A DNA stretch of 32,000 nucleotides from Saccharolobus solfataricus. GTDB taxonomy: Archaea; Thermoproteota; Thermoprotei_A; Sulfolobales; Sulfolobaceae. The notes beneath the pieces were generated by a model. The model saw only the letters and a list, made by a program, of their open reading frames with translations, was not told the origin of the DNA and searched no databases. A program made the position numbers and the translations under genes. Shown here piece after piece: positions 1-11,169 of this stretch. Where the stretch lies: contig NZ_LT549890.1 of assembly GCF_900079115.1 (NCBI RefSeq), positions 1,080,001 to 1,112,000 of the forward strand. Direction: 5' to 3'. Numbering within the stretch: position 1 is the stretch's first letter; the number at the start of each line of letters is the position of its first letter.

Positions 1-307
1 GCTCTATATATACATGAACAATTCCTCCATGGCAAGTATTTAAGCTTAAATATTTAATTTGACCGTTTTCTATGGCTTCTAACGAATATCTTATTATATC
101 ATCCCTAGTACAAAATCCCCCTATCCATCCCTCAAAGTTTCCATCACTCTTAACAATTATTTTATTTCCGGGCTTTAAAGAGCTTGGTCCTTCAGTGCTA
201 ATTACTTCAACAATAGCGAATTCTTCATCATTTTCAATTAATTCCCTAACTCTATTTATAAACTCATAAGAATGGCCAAAGTAGCTAATCTTCTCTTCAT
301 ACATCAT
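1..307 (-). CDS. XdhC/CoxI-family accessory protein, N-terminal part (gene runs off the left window edge)
   Basis: Absent from the ORF track because no stop lies in the window. The reverse strand from ATG at 307 is open to position 1: MMYEEKISYFGHSYEFINRVRELIENDEEFAIVEVISTEGPSSLKPGNKIIVKSDGNFEGWIGGFCTRDDIIRYSLEAIENGQIKYLSLNTCHGGIVHVYIE. The AIVEV..TEG(P)S..KPG.K..V..DG...G.IGG.C pattern matches the XdhC N-domain as I remember it. The listed + ORF 72..269 is its antisense shadow. Confidence 0.6.
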   Translation of the reverse strand, partial: MMYEEKISYFGHSYEFINRVRELIENDEEFAIVEVISTEGPSSLKPGNKIIVKSDGNFEGWIGGFCTRDDIIRYSLEAIENGQIKYLSLNTCHGGIVHVYIE

Positions 308-385
308 TACAAATTAATATGAAAATGAGACTATTTAAACTTAATCTCACTATATTTGAAAAACACTAAAGAGAGTTTTAATATT

Positions 386-1207
386 TTAGCTAGTCATAGT
401 CAAGTATACTCCCAATAGCGTTATTGCAGAACCAATAATTTGCAATGGTGTAGGGATCTCTCTAAAGAACGCATAAGACAATACGTAAGCCATTATCGGA
501 ACTAACAATGAACCAGATCCAGCCTTAACACTTCCCAAATGCTTAACCGCATTAAACCAGAAATAGAATCCTCCAACTTGCGAAATCAACCCTAAAGCTA
601 ATAGCAATCCAATATTCATTACGTTAACCACGAAATGATATCCAATTGGTGTTAAGAGTAATAGGATTGGCAGTGACGTTATTCCCATGAATCCGTTTAA
701 CTTCACTAAGTCTTCCTTAACTAAATTTCTCTTGTAATATACTGTACCAATAGCCCATACTAAACCTCCTACTAGACCAAACAAAAGCCCTAAATCAAAT
801 GATAGGAAAGCCGATGCTGTAACTCCTATTACACCTAAAATTATTCCAATAATTCCTTTCGCCTTAACTTTGGTTCCTAAGATCGTCTCTATAATAAGGA
901 TAAATAGTGGCTGAGTATATATCATAACTGCTACTAAACCGGGATTAGAGGAAAAATAGACGCCTAAGTTTAAAAACGTTAACAATCCCACAAAATTAAA
1001 CAAACCGTTAATAAATTGTTTCAAACCAACTGAAAGACCTCTGCCTAGTATAATGAAAAACACACTAGCTATTGCCACTCTAACAACGCTCACTATCATA
1101 GGCGACGAGTAGTACGTAATGAGTTTAGTTAAAGGATACGAAAGGCCCCAAACTATTGCCACTGGAATCATCCATTTTACAAATAGATATGAGGTACTGG
1201 ATGACAT
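386..1207 (-). CDS. EamA/DMT-superfamily permease
   Basis: 273-aa ORF that is almost entirely hydrophobic, with about 10 helices in two similar halves. This is typical of drug/metabolite-transporter (EamA) proteins. Confidence 0.7.
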   Translation of the reverse strand: MSSSTSYLFVKWMIPVAIVWGLSYPLTKLITYYSSPMIVSVVRVAIASVFFIILGRGLSVGLKQFINGLFNFVGLLTFLNLGVYFSSNPGLVAVMIYTQPLFILIIETILGTKVKAKGIIGIILGVIGVTASAFLSFDLGLLFGLVGGLVWAIGTVYYKRNLVKEDLVKLNGFMGITSLPILLLLTPIGYHFVVNVMNIGLLLALGLISQVGGFYFWFNAVKHLGSVKAGSGSLLVPIMAYVLSYAFFREIPTPLQIIGSAITLLGVYLTMTS

Positions 1208-1282
1208 AGTGTAAGATTACATGAGTAAGTAAAAAAGTTTACTGTTAACTATTGAACAACTTTATGAAAGCTATAAGAAAAA

Positions 1283-2506
<1,224 letters not shown>

Positions 2507-2793
2507 AATAATGAATTCGTAAAGGATGATTATAAACCTTAAATTTATACTTGCTTTGTGTTGAATTCTCACAAAGAGAGAGATAAGAGGGACTATAAAC
2601 CTAAATTGTACACTTGGAGGTAAATTGATAAGGAAGATAATATAGTAGTTCAGTGGAAAAATATTCAATATATCAACAAAGCAATTCAGAGTACTTATCT
2701 TCCTCCTTTTGTAAAAGCTTTCTGCAACCATTATTGCGAGATGCTGAAAGTATTTTGGGAAAGTTTTATTATTTAACAATCCTTCGTTATTAT

Positions 2794-3195
2794 ATGCAAG
2801 ATCCTGTTTGCAAGATGGAAGTTGAGAACACTACACCACATAGGATAAACTATAAAGGTATAACGTACTATTTCTGCTCTAAAGGGTGTTTAGACGAGTT
2901 TAAGAAAAATCCAGCAAAATACGTCTCCCCAACTGATTTGAATAAGAAAATTAACGTTAAGATCGTTTACTGTAGACCTTGTAAGTATATGGATAGGGCG
3001 TTAAATCTAGCTAGAGACATTTTATCCTATTTTGAGGAGGCTAATGTTGAGCTAGTCCAGGGTGATAGGGGAATTATGGACATATATGTTAACGATGAAT
3101 TAGTATTTTCTAGGTATATAGAAAAAAGGTTTCCAGAAAGTGATGAGATTCTAAAAAGTATAGGTCAAAAATTACAACTTGCCAGACAGTCTTAG
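2794..3195 (+). CDS. YHS/TRASH metal-binding domain fused to an Rdx (SelW/SelT-like, CxxC) thioredoxin-fold domain
   Basis: The N-terminal half DPVCKMEV...[24 protein letters not shown] is a YHS/TRASH motif. The C-terminal half [66 protein letters not shown] matches the bacterial Rdx/SelW-like pattern (I.YC..C....RA......F......L..G..G.F.V.V...L..SR.....FPE). Start set at ATG 2794 (MQDPVC), with a T/A-rich box at about 2763-2775. Confidence 0.65.
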   Translation: MQDPVCKMEVENTTPHRINYKGITYYFCSKGCLDEFKKNPAKYVSPTDLNKKINVKIVYCRPCKYMDRALNLARDILSYFEEANVELVQGDRGIMDIYVNDELVFSRYIEKRFPESDEILKSIGQKLQLARQS

Positions 3196-3432
3196 GATAT
3201 CCTCTACAATACTCTCAATTTCTTCAATGTTACTGTAATTCTTTTTTATATCCTCTATTGTCATCTTCTTCTCTGTAAGGTGTTTAACTAGAACGTCAGT
3301 AGCTATTTTAGTTAAGGTCTCTACGTCAACCTTATATTTATCTTTCAGTTGCATTACTGCATCATCTACTGTACAACTCTTAACGTTAGTAGGGGCTGAT
3401 AACCCTTTAAGGTCTTTTAATTTCCAACTCAT
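3172..3432 (-). CDS. small hypothetical protein (about 86 aa, charged and helical)
   Basis: Open frame with host-like codon usage. ATG at 3432 ([10 protein letters not shown]...) is preferred over 3474. No recognisable motif. The 3' end overlaps the convergent YHS-Rdx gene by 24 nt. Confidence 0.4.
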   Translation of the reverse strand: MSWKLKDLKGLSAPTNVKSCTVDDAVMQLKDKYKVDVETLTKIATDVLVKHLTEKKMTIEDIKKNYSNIEEIESIVEDILRLSGKL

Positions 3433-3560
3433 AATTAATGAATAATTGTACAAGCTAAAAATCCTTTTCTTCAAGAGGCATATAACCTTTTATTCTCTTG
3501 ATAAAATAATCATAAGCAAGTTGGACTAAGTTTTTATTCATGAACAGAGATAGATAATTT

Positions 3561-4439
3561 ATGATAAGAGGGATAGACGGTATAATTAAAGGGAGAAATA
3601 CTATGGATGGTGCTGGGGTTAAACTTTACAGAGTGTTCGGTGGGCCAGATACAGTGGATCTGACAGATCCCTTCCTTTTGCTGGACTTCTTCGGTTCGAA
3701 TAAGGTTGAGGAGTACATTAATGGGTTTCCGTGGCATCCACATAGAGGAATTGAGACTGTGACATTATTATTTGAGGGAAAAGTAGAACATCAAGATAGT
3801 TTAGGCAATAAGGGTACAATATATCCCGGTCAAGTTCAATGGATGACCGCAGGGAGTGGGATATTTCACCAAGAAATGCCAAAACCATTAGAGGGTACAG
3901 AAATACCTAAGTATAATCAAGATCCCTTCCTAGTAAGAGGATTACAATTGTGGGTAAACCTACCATCTTACAAGAAGATGACGCAACCAGTATATAGAGA
4001 TGTCAAAAGTATTCCAAGAGAGAGGTTTGAGTTTGGAGAGGTATCGGTATTGGCTGGAGAGTTTGCTGGAATTGAGGGACCAGTTAAGGTTAAGAGCGAT
4101 GTCGATCCCTCATATATTCATGTGAAATTAAATGGAGACATGAGACTAAAGGTAAAAGAAGGATATACAGTATTGGCCTACGTGGTTGATGGTACTGCTA
4201 GGTTTGCTCCTAATTCTCCAGAAATAGGAAAGGGTAATTTAGTGATCTTCACTAGGGAAGGAGATGAAATTAAAATTAGTGGGAACGCTAGCTTTATAGT
4301 ACTGTCTGGAAGGCCTCTAAATGAACCAGTAGCGTGGTATGGACCAATAGTTATGAATACTGAAGATCAGATAATTGAAGCCTTCGAAGATTTGAGGAAG
4401 GGTACGTTCATAAGACATAGGGAAGTATTATATGAGTAA
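3561..4439 (+). CDS. pirin-family protein (bicupin; quercetin 2,3-dioxygenase-like)
   Basis: Carries the pirin signature FPWHPHRGIETVTLLFEGKVEHQDSLGN, then GQVQWMTAGSGIFHQE, in a two-cupin layout. Size is 292 aa. Confidence 0.85.
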   Translation: MIRGIDGIIKGRNTMDGAGVKLYRVFGGPDTVDLTDPFLLLDFFGSNKVEEYINGFPWHPHRGIETVTLLFEGKVEHQDSLGNKGTIYPGQVQWMTAGSGIFHQEMPKPLEGTEIPKYNQDPFLVRGLQLWVNLPSYKKMTQPVYRDVKSIPRERFEFGEVSVLAGEFAGIEGPVKVKSDVDPSYIHVKLNGDMRLKVKEGYTVLAYVVDGTARFAPNSPEIGKGNLVIFTREGDEIKISGNASFIVLSGRPLNEPVAWYGPIVMNTEDQIIEAFEDLRKGTFIRHREVLYE

Positions 4440-4861
4440 TACCACGGGTAGGACTTAGTTTAGTTTTATTATTTTTCCTGAATAAATTAATGGGATATTC
4501 TTTCAAAATTTAGGGAATACGAAGAGTATTACGCTAGTTAAAAAAGATTCCTCTATTTCTATATGGGATTAAAGTTTAGTGATCTCGAAATACAAAATCT
4601 CTCAAAAGAAGACATTATAGAGAAGTTAAAGAATATGCAGAAAGTTAGAGGAGTTGAATTAGATCTTGAAGTTCAAAAAGGGAAGATAGGCGGTATAGAG
4701 ATTTCACACTACTATTTCCATTAAGTTTATAGTCTAGTATTACTATGTAAAAACAATATGAAAATTACGTCTATTGCAATGACCTACGAAAGCATATGGA
4801 TCCTACAACTAATCTCTCAATTTTCTTTATTAATCTAAGCTTATAAGTAACTTATTGATGG

Positions 4862-5111
4862 ATGATGAGGTATAATAATTTTCTGGAAACACTAACGTCG
4901 ATGACTTGTGCTAGATGCGGATACGTCAGGGAAGATTTAACTCTCTTCGACCGCGTGTTTGTTTGTCCTAAATGCGGTTGGATAGTAGACCGTGACTATA
5001 ATGCTTCTCTCAACATCCTACACAGATCGGGGTCGGAACGACCCCTAGTGTGGAGCTCTGCCCTCTACCGCTGGCAAGGTGGGGGTATGAAGCAGGAAGC
5101 CCTGTCCGTTA
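4862..5111 (+). pseudogene. tnpB: IS200/IS605-family TnpB (OrfB) 3' fragment, 5'-truncated and split by an IS insertion (tail continues at 6337..about 6365)
   Basis: Zinc-ribbon/RuvC-III end of TnpB: [11 protein letters not shown]...[26 protein letters not shown]. It is followed by a GC-rich structured tail (ggggtcggaacgacccc...). The tail resumes after the IS as gtgcaaggtagttcactag. No N-terminal TnpB sequence lies upstream. Confidence 0.7.
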
Positions 5112-6336
5112 CGGTAGACCCAAAATCACCTCCATAAAAATAAATCTATAGTATTAATAAGTGTTTCCTCAAGATTAAATATAAAATCCTTTAGATCAGA
5201 TAAATCGTCTAGAAAGCAGAGGATGAGCAGCAATCTAAACTCCTCTCTTGTCATGACGTTCTTAAACACGGTGTAAAGCGAGTAGAAGATCATGGCCAGC
5301 ACGAAGATCAACTCGCGGAAGATGAACTTGGTGGAGCTCGTGAAGGGAAGGAAGGCCTTGATGTTCCTGTAAGACGTCTCAATGGGACTCCTAACCTTGT
5401 TGTACAACTTCAGCACTTCCCTCTTGGGTAGGTCGAGGTTGGTCGCCCTCGCGAAGTACACCACGGTCTTCTTCCTCTTCTTAACGATTTCCTTACCATA
5501 CACCAGGAGTCTGAACTTGACCTGCTCTTCCTTCTTATGCCTCTTACTGTTTGTCGTGTACTCTCCGTCGAACTCCTCGTAGATCTTCACGTCCCCCACA
5601 GGGACTCCTATCACGAACTTGAACTGCGATATGAACTTGAGGACTTCCACGGTGTAGAATCCCGCGTCCAAGGTTACGAGCCCCACCTTGAAGCCCATTC
5701 CCACAATTTGCTCCATGAGAAGCTTCACGATCTCATCCTTGCTCATCCCGTTAACTTGGGGAACGAAAGCTAGGAGGAGCACCATATTCTGATACTTCGT
5801 GGTCGCGGTAGCGTAGTTCCACGAGTTCCCCTTGGCTGAACTACCCAGTCCCTCCACCGGCTTACCATACCACGTCTTGGTTGTCCAGTCTATGGAGATG
5901 TCGACTTCCTTCACTCCCTTGAGTATCTCCATGGAAATCCTCCTCATGGACTCTAATAGCTTCTCGATCACCTCAGTTCCCTGCTCCTCCACGTAGTTCC
6001 TCACGGTCTGTGGTGACACGTTATACCCTTTGGACTTGCTTTCCACGGAGTCGTTCCACAAGCACGCGGAGACCAGAACTCTCGATACCTCCTCCGCCTT
6101 TCTTCCCTTGAAGCTCAACATGGAAAGTAATTTATACCCTACTTGTTGTAGATTATTTTGGTGAGGAAGACCAGGTGTTATCACCTTGTCTTCACCACGT
6201 GATAATACCGGCTTCCTCACCTTAAATCTTTCTTCAATTAATTGCGTTCTTGTCAAAGCTATAAATTCTATTATTTTTCAGAATCTGATATTACCCAACC
6301 AAAATTATTTTTTGTAAAATGATTTTGGGTCTACCG
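5112..6336 (-). mobile_element. Insertion sequence, 1225 bp, IS4-superfamily DDE type (ISC1225-like by length)
   Basis: Perfect 17-bp terminal inverted repeats: cggtagacccaaaatca at 5112-5128 and its reverse complement at 6320-6336. Flanked by the 4-bp direct repeat GTTA (5108-5111 and 6337-6340). Carries a single transposase ORF. Confidence 0.85.
5126..6256 (-). CDS. DDE transposase (IS4/ISH-type)
   Basis: 376-aa ORF filling the IS. Contains LVTLDAGFY (DDE Asp) and [16 protein letters not shown], a Y-R-E-K-like C-terminal signature. It is GC-richer than its flanks. Confidence 0.8.
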   Translation of the reverse strand: MTRTQLIEERFKVRKPVLSRGEDKVITPGLPHQNNLQQVGYKLLSMLSFKGRKAEEVSRVLVSACLWNDSVESKSKGYNVSPQTVRNYVEEQGTEVIEKLLESMRRISMEILKGVKEVDISIDWTTKTWYGKPVEGLGSSAKGNSWNYATATTKYQNMVLLLAFVPQVNGMSKDEIVKLLMEQIVGMGFKVGLVTLDAGFYTVEVLKFISQFKFVIGVPVGDVKIYEEFDGEYTTNSKRHKKEEQVKFRLLVYGKEIVKKRKKTVVYFARATNLDLPKREVLKLYNKVRSPIETSYRNIKAFLPFTSSTKFIFRELIFVLAMIFYSLYTVFKNVMTREEFRLLLILCFLDDLSDLKDFIFNLEETLINTIDLFLWR

Positions 6337-6499
6337 GTTAGTGCAAGGTAGTTCACTAGTGCTTTCAGAAAGTTTATAGCTTTAGGCAAAGGATATACCA
6401 CTAGATTATAGTCTAAGAACTTTTCCAAAATACTAACGTAGGTTATGGAAATAATGAGATATTACATAACATAAGTCTAGAAATAGCGGAAAAAGGAGT

Positions 6500-7739
6500 T
6501 TACGTGAGAGTGTCCGGAATGTAATTATCTGAACGAATAGATAAACAGAATGATAAATATTAATATTGCCAGAAGGGTAGGACCTGGATCACCGAGAAAA
6601 ACTTTATAATGGAAAAATATCAAGACGAGAGGATTTACCTATCGCGCATAGCGTTGCTTGATCGCGAGGAGGCGCGTCTCAGAGCTGAACGGCTCTACGT
6701 CCTGGAGGAGTCCTCCGTTGGATCGCGAGGAACATCTTGATGTTGTAGATCACTCCCAGGACGTGAAGGAAGACGTCGTTCCTCCAGGTCGTGGTCCCGT
6801 AGGGCCTCCAGAACGCGTTCAGGTAGGTGCCGAAGAACTCCACGTGGGCCCTCAGGGTAGTGAAGGGCTTCTCCCGCGCTATGAGCTGTGTCGGGGAGGG
6901 AGAGAATCCCCTGTCCGCGATCTTAATCCCCTTGAGCGGTGACTTGAACCTCTTGTCCGAGAAGTTGGCCGGCTTCACCGTGATGGACCTCACGAAGAGG
7001 GAGACGGAGATCACGGCTATGGCCTTGAGCCCGTAGTGCGAGACCCCTCTCTTCTTGGTCCACCTTCCCTCGAACCTCCTCTTGGTTCTCCCCAGGGAGA
7101 GCAGCTTCCTGGCCCTCTCCAGGTTACCTTCCCTCCTCTCCAGCTCCGCCTTCTCCCGAAAGGTCTCCACGCTCCTCTTCCCAGGAGGTAAGTCCAGTAG
7201 GAAGGAGTCCACTAGCCACGCCATGAAGTCCACGAGATGCGCGCTCGCAGGGAGGTAACTGGGTAGGCACTTCTCCTCAAGCTTGAAGGAAATCTCCAAC
7301 AACTTCTTCCTCACCCCGTACAACCTGCCCACGAAGTCGTGCAGCGTGCTCTTCCCCACCTTCCTCCCCACGAACCAGGCCACGACCACGTTCACGTTAA
7401 CCATTTTCACCGCGTCCCTATAGGAGCAAGAGTAGAGCACCATGACGATTAACAACTTCAAGTAAACCAGCGCGCCCTCGCCCAGAACCCTCTCCAAATC
7501 CATGGCGTCCAGCACGGGCTTGATCTCCGTTAACCATTTTTCCCTCCACGGCATATCCTCTATTGGGGGAAGAGGGTAGTACATCAGGTTTGGTATGTGT
7601 CTTAATGTTCTTGCCATGGTACTACCCTCTACTCCCATAACTTAAGTGTTACTCCAATTTAATCCAAGATAATGCTAAAAACCAATTTATTCTTGCCAAT
7701 AAAAATTCAATTTTTTACATTCCGGACACTCTCACGTAA
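6500..7739 (-). mobile_element. Insertion sequence, IS5 family (ISC1234-like by size), GC-rich
   Basis: Perfect 25-bp terminal inverted repeats: ttacgtgagagtgtccggaatgtaa at 6500-6524 and its reverse complement at 7715-7739. The core cgtgag...ctcacg spans exactly 1234 bp (6503-7736). The element interrupts the ABC ATPase just upstream of Walker A. Confidence 0.85.
6679..7638 (-). CDS. IS5-family transposase
   Basis: The InsH-type N-domain pattern (LKLLIVMVLYSCSYRDAVKMVNVNVVVAWFVG) and IADRGF motifs are typical of IS5. A hand count gives 38/60 G+C at 6661-6720, against 17/60 in a host line. An alternative start is ATG 7617 (MARTLRH). Confidence 0.75.
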   Translation of the reverse strand: MGVEGSTMARTLRHIPNLMYYPLPPIEDMPWREKWLTEIKPVLDAMDLERVLGEGALVYLKLLIVMVLYSCSYRDAVKMVNVNVVVAWFVGRKVGKSTLHDFVGRLYGVRKKLLEISFKLEEKCLPSYLPASAHLVDFMAWLVDSFLLDLPPGKRSVETFREKAELERREGNLERARKLLSLGRTKRRFEGRWTKKRGVSHYGLKAIAVISVSLFVRSITVKPANFSDKRFKSPLKGIKIADRGFSPSPTQLIAREKPFTTLRAHVEFFGTYLNAFWRPYGTTTWRNDVFLHVLGVIYNIKMFLAIQRRTPPGRRAVQL

Positions 7740-8046
7740 TACTGGGAAAAACGGTGCGGGAAAAACTACCTTACTAAGGACAATAGCCGGAATTCTGAAA
7801 CCGATTAGGGGAGAGATTAAGGTTAACGGAAAAGTGGCTTATATTTCTCACTCTTATGGATTGCCTTAAGAGATGAAAGTTAGGGAGACGCTGGAGTTTT
7901 TCAGAAAGATATTACTGGGTGGAGACATAGAAAAAGTAATTAACGAATTAAATTTACAGGATATTCTGGATAATAGGATTAGTGACTTATCTGAAGGGCA
8001 GAAAGGAAGGATTTCGTTAGCTAAAGTATTCATGAGGGGAGGATAA

Positions 8047-8243
8047 ATACGATTAGTAGTTTTAGGAAATTCCCTTATTATAAAAAGTCAAAATATTTAT
8101 CCATGTATTTATAAATATCTTTCATTGTACTTCTTAATATTATAGCTTATCAATAAACATTTCTCATCTAACCAGGAAAGATTCGTTATATATTTTTAAC
8201 GTAACGTAAAAGTGTAACGATTTTCCTATAAATGCTATACGAT
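8047..8243. mobile_element. MITE-like insertion (about 183 bp) inside the ABC ATPase pseudogene
   Basis: A non-coding AT-rich block interrupts the reading frame between the ABC signature and Walker B. It is bounded by the 7-bp direct repeat ATACGAT (8047-8053 and 8237-8243). The ends form an imperfect inverted repeat: agtagTTTtAGGAAAtTC versus the reverse complement of gaTTTTCCTaTAAAtgct. Confidence 0.5.
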
Positions 8244-8649
8244 ATATTCTTGTTAGACTAGCCTACTTCTGCATTAGATCCTATAATTTCCAGTGAAATT
8301 AGAAAGAAGATTGTGGACATTTCTAGGCAATAGTCCTATATGCTTCACACAATTTATATGAAGCTAAGGATATTGGAAACTATGTCATACTAATAGATAA
8401 TGGTAAAGTCGTAAGATACAGTAAGATTATTGACATTAAGGTGAGGGAATACTTGATCGGAATAAGGTCTCCTCAAAACCTATCGGATATTTTAGACGGA
8501 TATTATGAAGGTGAATATTTTATGATTAAACTTAATGACCCTTCGGAACTAAATAATATTTTGAAGAGAATACTAGAGAGGGGGATAGTTGTATATGAAG
8601 TTAAAGAACTGAAAAATCCTTTGGAAGATCTACTTAGGTGAGAGGCTTA

Positions 8650-9310
8650 ATGATCTATGAATTCTTGAAAAGAGTATTAAGAGAAATAGGGGTACCACAG
8701 CGTATTATTTCGTGCTAGCCTTTCTTCTCTTTGGACTAGACATCTACATTTCAATAAGAATAGCTAAACTATACTTCTCTCCGTCTCTTTTAATGAACTA
8801 TACAATTTCGCCACTAATTCTAGGGCTAGGACTATCTACACTAATAATATCCATGTTTAATGATGATAGACAGAGCGGATTAGTAGAATATCTTATTGCG
8901 GAGGGGTTTAAACCAAGCACTCTTTTCATTACCTACCTATATTACAATATTCCTTATCTTAGCCTTACCCATAGAATTCGTAATATCAGTTATATTAGGC
9001 GCTTGTTAAGTAACGTATACTATTCAATTTAATATTGATAAACGCTTTAGGAATAAGTTGGTTTGTAATTCCGACTTCTCTCTACATAACTTATTTTCAG
9101 AGGACTACTACTTCAAGTAGATACACATTAGGAACGTTTATCGGATATGGAATATTCTTCGTCTATCTTTTCTCACTTCAATTTATAACAAATAATTTGA
9201 GGGAGATAACTTCAGTCATGTTTTATATAGGATTAGCGTTTGTAATGTTATCAGCCATATTAACCTTCTCACTTCTCAATAAAATTCGTTCAGAAAAGTT
9301 ATTACCTTAG
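8650..9310 (+). pseudogene. ABC-2-type transporter permease, fragmented
   Basis: ATG at 8650 lies 8 nt after the ATPase stop (MIYEFLKRVLREIGVPQRIISC, then TAG at 8716). The frame shifts to ORF 8712..9032, which ends in a stop, then continues in ORF 9035..9310. All pieces are hydrophobic membrane segments. Confidence 0.6.
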
Positions 9311-9370
9311 TCACTAATTTCTAACCTTTTTATTAGCCAATACCGAAGTCCACCTTTGAGATAAAGAAGA

Positions 9371-10444
<1,074 letters not shown>

Positions 10445-10482
10445 AATATATTTCCTTGAGGAGCATATTAAAGCTATCCATG

Positions 10483-10690
10483 TCCAAGTGAACTACCCCA
10501 CCCTCACGGACAAGGTATCCTCACCTCGCGATTTCCTGCTTCTCTGAGCAACCTCTATCCCCCATAGTGGAGGTCCCATCGAACGAAACCGTTCTGTAAT
10601 GCCCCGTATGAAGGAGGGGTTACGGAGGGTTTGCTCTCCACAAGCACTGAGGCAGTCCCGATCCCGCACTAGATCTTTCAGCCAAGGTCA
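10483..10690 (-). pseudogene. IS200/IS605 right-end / TnpB 3' remnant
   Basis: GC-rich block whose reverse complement ends in ggtggggtagttcacttggac. It shares the GGTAGTTCACT terminus with the other TnpB remnant at 6347-6358. No intact ORF remains. Confidence 0.45.
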
Positions 10691-10898
10691 GATTCATTTT
10701 ATCACTTTTTTCACTAATAAACGCTTCTAGGGGCTATCCATCCCCACGGAAGGGTACTTTCCTCCTTAACCTATTTAGGTTAATTAGCTGGGGAGAGTAA
10801 TATTCTCCTCAGCTGGGGAAACGTGGTCGACGGGATAAATGAAGCCAAGTCTTCGGGTACGGGCGTGACGAGCCCCTACAGTCAGACTGAACATTTGC

Positions 10899-10973
10899 AG
10901 GAAGTTGTATACTGCCTTAGCTAGAAAGTTGGCTAGGATAGTGTGGAGTGTTTGGTATAATAATGCGAGGTGA
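10899..10973 (+). pseudogene. IS110-family transposase C-terminal remnant
   Basis: Translates to RKLYTALARKLARIVWSVWYNNAR followed by a stop. This is the characteristic IS110 C-terminal helix (A.ARKL..I.W..). The upstream frame is broken. Confidence 0.45.
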
Positions 10974-11141
10974 AGTGACCCTCCCCTTAATTACGCGGAT
11001 TGAAAGAGTCGCGTGGCAATAGTAGCTTACACTATGCTCAAAATTCAACCGAAAGATTTATTACTAAACGCCCCCAACTGCTGTAATTTAGTTTTATTCG
11101 TTCTATAGTTTTACGTGAATCGGTGCAGGAGTATCAAATAT

Positions 11142-11150
11142 TTTTAAATA
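11142..11150 (+). promoter_or_regulatory. TATA box for the TPP-enzyme gene
   Basis: TTTTAAATA is centred about 24 nt upstream of ATG 11170. This is consistent with a leaderless Sulfolobales transcript. Confidence 0.45.
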
Positions 11151-11169
11151 TCTGGAATCATTAATATTT

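Larger units (their letters stand above)
6417..8641 (+). pseudogene. ABC-transporter ATP-binding protein (ABC-2/CcmA-like), heavily disrupted
   Basis: Fragments are readable in order. 6417-6500 reads ELFQNTNVGYGNNEILHNISLEIAEKGV, followed by the IS at 6500-7739. 7741 onward reads [21 protein letters not shown] (Walker A), then an in-frame TAA at 7867-7869, then LSEGQKGRISLAKVFMRG (ABC signature). A roughly 190-bp insert follows, then DIFLLD*PTSALDP (Walker B, with TAG at 8259-8261). Another TAG and a frameshift come next, then VLYASHNLYEAKDIGNYVILIDNGKVV and the C-terminal domain (ORF 8441..8641). Confidence 0.8.

Noticed and set aside
72-269. Listed 65-aa + strand ORF
   Set aside because: It is antisense to a much better XdhC-like reading frame (1..307, minus strand). 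Its sequence is low-complexity and carries no motif.
2507-2779. 91-codon N-terminal extension of the oxidoreductase ORF
   Set aside because: The extension is hydrophobic and low-complexity, and spans the divergent promoter and repeat region. The Rossmann fold begins right after the internal Met at 2506, which has its own TATA box.
3172-3195. Three convergent gene pairs overlap by exactly 24 nt (3172-3195, 16480-16503, 29359-29382)
   Set aside because: The coincidence is striking, but the three overlap sequences share no similarity or structure. Short 3' overlaps are common in compact archaeal genomes, so I treat it as chance unless a genome-wide excess of 24-nt overlaps is shown.
4563-4724. 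53-codon ORF (MGLKFSDLEIQNLSKEDIIEKLKNMQKVRGVELDLEVQKGKIGGIEISHYYFH) in the spacer after the pirin gene
   Set aside because: It is plausible as a small protein, but has no motif, no clear TATA at the right distance and no way to test conservation here. It is too weak to annotate.
4855-4915. ATGATGA and CGATGAC strings resembling C/C' boxes of a C/D-box sRNA
   Set aside because: No matching CTGA D/D' boxes at the proper spacing and no terminal stem. The region is the junction of the TnpB fragment.
7672-7869. Listed 65-aa ORF
   Set aside because: It is a chimeric reading that starts inside the IS right end and runs into the Walker-A fragment of the disrupted ABC ATPase. It is not a gene in its own right.
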